64,000 nucleotides of DNA from Gammaproteobacteria bacterium (GTDB lineage: Bacteria; Pseudomonadota; Gammaproteobacteria; JABABF01), in the NCBI GenBank assembly GCA_965237805.1, contig OZ250153.1, positions 1,312,001-1,376,000 of the forward strand, in the 5' to 3' direction. The notes under the pieces are model-generated. The model searched no databases. It was not told the origin of the DNA and saw only the letters and a program-made list of their open reading frames with translations. Shown here in pieces: positions 57,882-64,000 of this stretch. Both the position numbers and the translations under genes were made by a program. The stretch's first letter is position 1. Each line of letters opens with the position of its first letter.

Positions 57882-58627
57882 TCTTGGAGCTGGATCAAGG
57901 CAACAGCCGCCTCAAGTGGCGGCTGTTGCCGAGCGCTGGAACGGTGTCTGCGCACAGCGGTGCCGTACTCGGGCACGGTGCTGCGGCACTACATTCCTTG
58001 GTCGCTCAGCTGCCGCCAGCTGTGGCTGCCGAGCTGCGCCGTGTGCGGCTCAGCTGCGTCGGTGGTGCGGAGCGCGAGCGGCAGCTGTTGGGAGCCTGCC
58101 GTGAGCATTGGCGCGTGGAGCCGGAGGTGGCGCGCGTGCGGTCGGAATGGGATGGTCTGCGCTGTGCCTACCAACGGATCAGCACTTTTGGCAGTGACCG
58201 TTGGTTGGCGCTGTTGGCGGCGCGGCGCGTCCAACTCGGCGGTCTGTGTGTGGTGGATGCCGGCAGTGCGCTAACCGTCGATTTGGTCTGCGCAGATGGC
58301 CGCCACTTGGGCGGTTATATCCTCGCTGGGCAGCGGGCCTTGCGTGCGGCCTTGGCGGGCAGCACAGCTGGCTTGCCATCTCATCTGCCGTCGGTACCAG
58401 CTGTCGTAGCGGGCACGAACACGGAGGACGGCATCGCCGCCGGGGTGTTGGGCGCGATGGTAGGCTTGGTAAGCCACGCCATGCGGGCGGCGGCACCAGC
58501 ACTTGGCGCACCGCCCGCACTGTTGCTCACCGGTGGCGACGGTGACTGGCTACGGCCACATTTACCGTCCAGTGCCCGCTATCTGCCGCAGCTCGTGCTC
58601 GATGGCCTCGCTGTGGCGCTACCCTGA
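57878..58627 (+). CDS. coaX: Type III pantothenate kinase
   Basis: LDQGNSRLKW, G.DRW, VDAGSALTVD, HLGGYI, LTGGD, LVLDGL. Confidence 0.92.
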   Translation: MILELDQGNSRLKWRLLPSAGTVSAHSGAVLGHGAAALHSLVAQLPPAVAAELRRVRLSCVGGAERERQLLGACREHWRVEPEVARVRSEWDGLRCAYQRISTFGSDRWLALLAARRVQLGGLCVVDAGSALTVDLVCADGRHLGGYILAGQRALRAALAGSTAGLPSHLPSVPAVVAGTNTEDGIAAGVLGAMVGLVSHAMRAAAPALGAPPALLLTGGDGDWLRPHLPSSARYLPQLVLDGLAVALP

Positions 58628-58870
58628 GCTCGGGCTACCGCAGCGCCGCCAGCTGACCCCGCCCATGCCGACGACATGCCGGAAGTCAGAATCGAACTGA
58701 CAACCTGTGCATTACAAATGCACTGCCTGTCGCAGCTCGTGCTCGATGGCCTCGCTGTGGCGCTACCCTGAGCTCGGGCTACCGCAGCGCCGCCAGCTGA
58801 CCCCGCCCATGCCGACGACATGCCGGAAGTCAGAATCGAACTGACAACCTGTGCATTACAAATGCACTGC
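58583..58870. repeat. 144-bp tandem duplication covering the coaX 3' end, spacer and tRNA-Thr 3' part
   Basis: 58583..58726 equals 58727..58870 except for one base (58586 c vs 58730 t). Confidence 0.92.
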
Positions 58871-58893
58871 TCTGCCAATTGAGCTATTCCGGC
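58821..58893 (-). tRNA. tRNA-Thr(TGT), CCA not encoded
   Basis: GCCGGAATAGCTCAATTGGCAGAGCAGTGCATTTGTAATGCACAGGTTGTCAGTTCGATTCTGACTTCCGGCA followed by TGT. Confidence 0.92.
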
Positions 58894-58972
58894 GCAGTGG
58901 TGAGCATTGGCGGGGTGAGCGTTCAAATTGTAGCAAGTCTGCCGTTGCGCTTTCCCTTAGACTAGCCATCTG

Positions 58973-59989
58973 ATGAAAGCATTGGCACAGCCAGAGTACG
59001 GCGAGAATCGATCGCAGCAGGACTGCGGTACACCGGCTTGGCTGGCGACCGATCTGGCCGCGACCGAGCGCTTGTTGATGGAGCAGCTGCAGTCGGCGGC
59101 ACCCTTGGTATCAGAGGCGGGTGGGCAGCTGATCAAAGCGGGGGGTAAACGGCTTCGCCCGCGGCTGTCACTGCTCAGCGCCCATGCCTGTGGCTATGCT
59201 GGCACCTGTCATATCCAATTGGCGACAGTGACTGAATTGCTACACAGCGCCACCTTGTTGCACGACGATGTGGTGGATGCTGCCCACTGTCGCCGCGGCC
59301 TGCCCAGCGTCAATGCAACATGGGGCGACCCAGCGGGGGTGCTGGTTGGTGATTTCCTCTATTCCCGCGCCCTGCAGTTGCTGGTGTGCGTCGACTCGCC
59401 GCCAGCGCTGCGTGTGCTGTCAGACGCCATGCATTTGCTGGCCGAGGGCGAAGTGATTCAGCTATCCGGTTGTCATGATGCCTCGCAGTTCTCCGAACAG
59501 CGCTATTTGCAGGTGATTGAGAGAAAAACGGCGGCGCTGTTTGCCGCCACCGCCCACGCGGGCGCCCTGTTGGCCGAGGTGTCGGCGGATACGGCACAGT
59601 GCTTCCATCGCTTTGGGCATCATTTGGGGTTGGCCTTCCAGATCACCGACGATGTGCTGGACTATCGCGGCGAGGAAGCCGTGGTTGGCAAGCCTTGTGG
59701 CTCTGATTTTGCCGCTGGCAAGGTGACGCTACCGCTAATTTTGGCGTTGCGTAGCGCGTCCAGCGCTGTTGGCGAGATGCTGCGCGATGCGCTGACGCGC
59801 CGCGCTACAGACGCAGTGCAGGATGTAGCCATCGCCTTGGTGCGGGAGACCGGTGGTGCCGAGGAAGCGTTGGATTGCGCTCGCCGCTACCAAGCTGATG
59901 CGCTGGCTGCTCTGGATGGGGTGCCGATTTCCCGAGCGACGCAGCCGCTACGCGAATTGGCAGAACAAGCTGTGACCCGCAATCGTTGA
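58973..59989 (+). CDS. ispB: Octaprenyl-diphosphate synthase
   Basis: GGKRLRP, LLHDDVVD....RRG, KTAALF, AFQITDDVLDY, GKVTLP. Confidence 0.9.
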   Translation: MKALAQPEYGENRSQQDCGTPAWLATDLAATERLLMEQLQSAAPLVSEAGGQLIKAGGKRLRPRLSLLSAHACGYAGTCHIQLATVTELLHSATLLHDDVVDAAHCRRGLPSVNATWGDPAGVLVGDFLYSRALQLLVCVDSPPALRVLSDAMHLLAEGEVIQLSGCHDASQFSEQRYLQVIERKTAALFAATAHAGALLAEVSADTAQCFHRFGHHLGLAFQITDDVLDYRGEEAVVGKPCGSDFAAGKVTLPLILALRSASSAVGEMLRDALTRRATDAVQDVAIALVRETGGAEEALDCARRYQADALAALDGVPISRATQPLRELAEQAVTRNR

Positions 59990-59991
59990 CG

Positions 59992-61626
59992 ATGACCCCT
60001 GACTCGGTGCAAGCGTGCTGGGAGACCCTGCAACGACACCGGGAAGCGCTGCGCTCGGTCGATTTCCGCAGCCTTCCGACCGCCCGGCGCGGGGCGGGGG
60101 CGCAGCTGTGGAAAGTGGCTGGCTTGGGAGTGGATCTATCCCACCAGCTGACGACGGAACAGACTTGGCCACTGCTTGAGCAGTTGGCTCGTGACACCGG
60201 TGTCGAGCGAGCGTTGTCGGCGCTGTTTGCTGGTGAGATAGTCAATCATAGCGAGCGGACCCCCGCGCTGCATTGGCTAGCGCGTGCCAGCCGAGCACCG
60301 ACAGGGCTGAGCGAGGAGTGGCGTGCATTGCAGTTGCTACGCGAGCGCGTCGAGGCCATCGCCCAGCGCTTGCATGGCGGCGAGTGGCGCGGTCACAGTG
60401 ATGAGCCGATCCGCGATGTTGTACAGCTAGGCATCGGTGGTTCGCGTCTCGCTCCAGAATTGTTGGTGCAGGCGTTGGCACCGGCGGCGGCACCTTGCCG
60501 CTGCCATTTCCTGTCCAGTCTCGACGACACGGCTTGGCACCAGCTGCGGGGAGAGCTGGATCCGGCGCGAACCCTATTCGTGCTTGTCTCGCGTTCCTTT
60601 GAGACCGAGGAAACCCTGTGTAATATCGATCGGGCGCGCGCTTGGCTGCGCGCTTCCGGTTGCCCGCAGCAGCGACTCCGGTGCCATTTCGTGGCAATCA
60701 CTGCGAGCTCGGAACAGTTGTCTGCAGCGGACTATGTCGAGGAACTGCTGGTGATGCCACCGTCGCTGGGTGGGCGCTATTCGCTATGGTCGGCACCGTC
60801 TCTGGTGCTGGCACTCAGCGCGGGGCCGGAGTCGCTGCGCAGCCTGTTGGCTGGGGCTGAGGCGATGGACGAGCATGTGCGCTCGGCAGCTCCGATGGCA
60901 TCGTTGCCAGTGTTGCTCGGCTTACTGGACACTTGGTATGCCAGCTGCTGGCATATGCCCGCTCTGGTGGTTGTGCCATATGCCCACGCCTTGCGCGGTT
61001 TGCCCGCACATCTGCAACAATTAATGTTGGAGAGCAATGGCAAATCGGTGGCGGCCGATGGTGCGCCGATAGTGCGGCACACCATGCCCAGTGTATGGGG
61101 CGATATCGGCACTGAAAGTCAGCATTCCTTCCACCAGTTTCTGCATCAGGGCACGGCAGCTGTGATGGTGGATCTATTGCTGGTCGGAAGTGGCGGTCCC
61201 TCCGTCGAGTCCAACCGCTGTCTGTGGTCCAACGCCTTGGCGCAACTGGCAATGCTGCGTGGCGGGCAGGATCTCCATGCCGCTGAGGCGCTACTGCTGG
61301 AGGGTGGCATCAGCGCTGCTGACAGCCACCGTTTGGCACCCCACCTCGTCTCGGCTGGTGCGCGGCCAGTGACCCCCATCGTGTTGGAACGCATGGATGC
61401 CTTTTGCCTCGGGGCGTTGCTGGCGCTTTACGAATACCGAGTCTATGTTGCTGCTGCGGTATGGCAGATCAATCCCTTCGACCAATGGGGTGTGGAGCGG
61501 GGTAAATGGCTGGGTAACAGCTTGCGGGCGACGCTGGCTGGTGAGGCACCGCTCGGTGAAGAAGCGTTGCGACCACTGGCAGATTATTTTGCCGAATTGA
61601 CTGATGGCGAGCGGGGCGCACCTTAG
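59992..61626 (+). CDS. pgi: Glucose-6-phosphate isomerase
   Basis: GIGGS.L, GGRYSLWS, QQL.LESNGK, QHSFHQFLHQG, INPFDQWGVE.GK. Confidence 0.92.
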   Translation: MTPDSVQACWETLQRHREALRSVDFRSLPTARRGAGAQLWKVAGLGVDLSHQLTTEQTWPLLEQLARDTGVERALSALFAGEIVNHSERTPALHWLARASRAPTGLSEEWRALQLLRERVEAIAQRLHGGEWRGHSDEPIRDVVQLGIGGSRLAPELLVQALAPAAAPCRCHFLSSLDDTAWHQLRGELDPARTLFVLVSRSFETEETLCNIDRARAWLRASGCPQQRLRCHFVAITASSEQLSAADYVEELLVMPPSLGGRYSLWSAPSLVLALSAGPESLRSLLAGAEAMDEHVRSAAPMASLPVLLGLLDTWYASCWHMPALVVVPYAHALRGLPAHLQQLMLESNGKSVAADGAPIVRHTMPSVWGDIGTESQHSFHQFLHQGTAAVMVDLLLVGSGGPSVESNRCLWSNALAQLAMLRGGQDLHAAEALLLEGGISAADSHRLAPHLVSAGARPVTPIVLERMDAFCLGALLALYEYRVYVAAAVWQINPFDQWGVERGKWLGNSLRATLAGEAPLGEEALRPLADYFAELTDGERGAP

Positions 61627-61645
61627 CTTGGTGAGCACACCGGGC

Positions 61646-63016
61646 TCAGCCCGGCAAGTCCAGCAGCTCCAACAACTCCGCTGTTTTTGCGCGCATCAGT
61701 GCCGGGTCGCCGCGACTTTCCACATTGAGCCGTACCAGCGGCTCGGTGTTGGAGCCACGCAGATTGAAGCGCCACTCTGCAAAGGCCATGCTGAGGCCAT
61801 CGGTGGTGTCGATTTCCGGGTGCTCGGCCTGCTCGGTATAGTGTTTGCGCACCCACCGTAGCGTCTCGGCCACATCCGCTACCTGCCGGTTGATCTCACC
61901 GCTGACTGGAAAGCGGCGCACCCTCTGTGCCACCAGTTCGGACAGCCGCTGGCCGCTACGGCTGAGCAGTTCGGCGACCGCCAGCCATGGCAGCATGCCG
62001 CTGTCGCAATAGGCGAAATCGCGGAAGTAATGGTGCGCACTCATCTCGCCGCCGTAGACTGCATCTTCGCGGCGCATCACCTCCTTGATGAAGGCGTGCC
62101 CGGCACGCGATTGCACGGCGCGACCGCCGTGCGCCGCCACTATTTCGCGGGTATTCCAGATCAATCTGGGGTCGTGCACTACCGCCGAGCCGGGGGACGC
62201 AGCGCGACGCAGAAAGGTTTCGGCCAGCGCGCCGACCAAGTAGTAGCCCTCGATAAATTCGCCGTGCTCGTCAAAGAAAAAGCAGCGGTCAAAATCGCCG
62301 TCCCAAGCAAGGCCAAAATCGGCGCCGCTAGCGCGCACAGCACGAGCAGTGTCGCCGCGCAGCTCGGGCAGCATGGGGTTGGGTACGCCGTGCGGAAAGC
62401 GACCGTCCGCTTCATGGTGCAGGCGGACAAATTGAAACGGCAGCGATGGGGCGAGCTGATCAATGATCGCGCCAGCACCGCCGTTGCCAGCATTGACGAC
62501 GATTTTAAAAGGGCGTAGCACATCGATGTCGATGGAGCCGAGCAGGCATGCGAGATAGCTTGGGCGGTGGTCCAGTGGTGCACTCGTACCCGGGGTCGCT
62601 ACTGGTGGCGGGATGCGTTTTTCGGCGATGCGATCGCGCAGCTCGAATAGCCCGGTGTCAGCGCTGATGGGGCGCGATCTGGCAGCGACGACTTTCATGC
62701 CATTGTCCTCGGGCGGGTTGTGGCTAGCGGTGATCATCACGCCGCCATCAAGTGCCAAGTCGGCGACCGCCCAGTAGATCTCTTCAGTGCCGCACAGCCC
62801 GAGCAAGGACACATTGCAGCCCGCCTCGTTGAGGCCAGCACTCAATGCGCGGCACAAGGCCGGGCTGCTGAGGCGCACATCGTGCCCGACCACGACTTGA
62901 CTGGCATTGAGGAAATTGGCGAGGCAGCGGCCGAACTGATGTGCGAGTCCCTCGTCCAATTGGTCGGGGACGCGGCCCCGCACATCGTAGGCTTTGAAGC
63001 AGTCTAGGGAGGCCAA
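61646..63016 (-). CDS. manB: Phosphomannomutase (CpsG/ManB)
   Basis: CFKAYDVRG, TASHNP, DGDFDR, GEMSAH, WRFNLR.SNTEP; non-ATG start. Confidence 0.93.
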   Translation of the reverse strand: MASLDCFKAYDVRGRVPDQLDEGLAHQFGRCLANFLNASQVVVGHDVRLSSPALCRALSAGLNEAGCNVSLLGLCGTEEIYWAVADLALDGGVMITASHNPPEDNGMKVVAARSRPISADTGLFELRDRIAEKRIPPPVATPGTSAPLDHRPSYLACLLGSIDIDVLRPFKIVVNAGNGGAGAIIDQLAPSLPFQFVRLHHEADGRFPHGVPNPMLPELRGDTARAVRASGADFGLAWDGDFDRCFFFDEHGEFIEGYYLVGALAETFLRRAASPGSAVVHDPRLIWNTREIVAAHGGRAVQSRAGHAFIKEVMRREDAVYGGEMSAHHYFRDFAYCDSGMLPWLAVAELLSRSGQRLSELVAQRVRRFPVSGEINRQVADVAETLRWVRKHYTEQAEHPEIDTTDGLSMAFAEWRFNLRGSNTEPLVRLNVESRGDPALMRAKTAELLELLDLPG

Positions 63017-63025
63017 TGGGGGGGG

Positions 63026-63880
63026 CTAGTCGGCACTTTGGCCGTGACAGTGATTGACTGCGGCGACAAAGCCTGCCACCTCGCCGCAATCGAAGCGTTG
63101 TCCTTGCAGCTGCCACGCGATCAGGCGTCCCTGCCGTGCCTGTTCGCGCAGCGCGTCGCTCAGTTGCAGCTCGCCGCCGTGCCCCGGCGCGGTGCCCCTG
63201 AGTATCTCGAAAATATCTGGCGTCAATAGGTAGCGGCCGATTACCCCGCAGTCGCTCGGAGCCTCGCCGAGAGGCGGCTTCTCGATCACATCGCTCACTT
63301 GTAATAGCTGGTCTTCGCCCGCTATCGGCGCGGCCTCGATGACGCCGAAGCGGGGCAGTTCCTCCGCGGGCAGCTGCTCCACTGCGAGCACGCTGCATTG
63401 GCCGCCGTATTGTTGAAAGATGGAGACCATTTGTTTCATGGCACCGTGCTGCCCCGGCGGTGCGATGCACAAATCGTCAGCCAAGATCACGCCGAAGGGC
63501 TGGTCGCCGATCAACGGGCGACCGCTCAGCACGGCATCGCCTAAGCCGAGTCGCCGACGTTGGCGGATGAAACTGAATGTGCAGTTCTTGAGAATGTGCC
63601 GCAAACTGGCCAGCAGATCCTCGCGCTCCGAGTCCCGGATCTGCTCGGCCAACTCGACGGTATCGGCATCAAAATAATCGGTGATCGCCTCTTTGCCACG
63701 ACTGGTGACGATACCGATATCAGACAGCCCGGCTTCGAGCGCTTCCTCGACCCCATAGTGCGCCAGCGGTTTGTTGACGATGGGCAGCATTTCCTTGGGG
63801 ATGGTTTTGGTGGCCGGCAAGAATCGGGTGCCAAAACCTGCCATCGGAAACAGGCATTTGTTGAGTTGCTCCGCACTCAT
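63026..63880 (-). CDS. galU: UTP-glucose-1-phosphate uridylyltransferase
   Basis: AGFGTRFLPATK.IPKEMLPIVNKP, GLGDAV, IEKP, GRYLLTP. Confidence 0.95.
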   Translation of the reverse strand: MSAEQLNKCLFPMAGFGTRFLPATKTIPKEMLPIVNKPLAHYGVEEALEAGLSDIGIVTSRGKEAITDYFDADTVELAEQIRDSEREDLLASLRHILKNCTFSFIRQRRRLGLGDAVLSGRPLIGDQPFGVILADDLCIAPPGQHGAMKQMVSIFQQYGGQCSVLAVEQLPAEELPRFGVIEAAPIAGEDQLLQVSDVIEKPPLGEAPSDCGVIGRYLLTPDIFEILRGTAPGHGGELQLSDALREQARQGRLIAWQLQGQRFDCGEVAGFVAAVNHCHGQSAD

Positions 63881-64000
63881 ATGTCCTCCTTTTCTCCTGT
63901 ATCGCGCCCATAGACATCTTCGAGACGGACGATATCGTCTTCGCCCAGATAATCGCCTATCTGCACTTCGATTAGCTCGACCGGAGCATCGGTGTCGTTG
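63877..64000 (-). CDS. manC: C-terminus of mannose-1-P guanylyltransferase / mannose-6-P isomerase (partial)
   Basis: Manual translation ...ELIEVQIGDYLGEDDIVRLEDVYGRD...*; ATGA overlap with galU. Confidence 0.85.
   Translation of the reverse strand, partial: NDTDAPVELIEVQIGDYLGEDDIVRLEDVYGRDTGEKEDI

Noticed and set aside
58677-58726. Classical attL/attR of an integrated element at tRNA-Thr
   Set aside because: The duplication also includes the flanking spacer and coaX sequence and encloses no cargo or integrase.

Overview
This is a GC-rich chromosomal window from a Gammaproteobacterium (16S-based impression; the gene content suggests a host-associated steroid degrader, possibly a marine invertebrate symbiont, but that is inference). 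From left to right it holds: a degenerate sigma54-activator-like ATPase, two sterol-desaturase paralogs, a stand-alone tRNA-Ala and cysM. Next come steroid C/D-ring (Rv3548c/FadE/IpdF-like) and meta-cleavage (TesD/TesE-like) genes with two tandem-duplicated TonB-dependent receptors. A surface-protein locus follows: a lipoprotein with a C13 tract, a small beta-barrel, a 1892-aa SH3/CARDB/2xM23 protein and a 1553-aa CARDB protein with hypervariable Trp/Arg-rich loops, the last two with GlyGly-CTERM tails. Then come polA, a 16S rRNA + tRNA-Ile unit with no 23S, and glycosyltransferases. An ICE-type (PFGI-1/PAPI-1-like) type IVb pilus operon headed by DUF2857 carries no other ICE genes. The window ends with housekeeping genes (moaA, smpB, msrA, birA, coaX, ispB, pgi, manB, galU, manC) and two tRNAs lacking an encoded CCA. 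All family assignments are by motif recognition and recollection; no searches were run.
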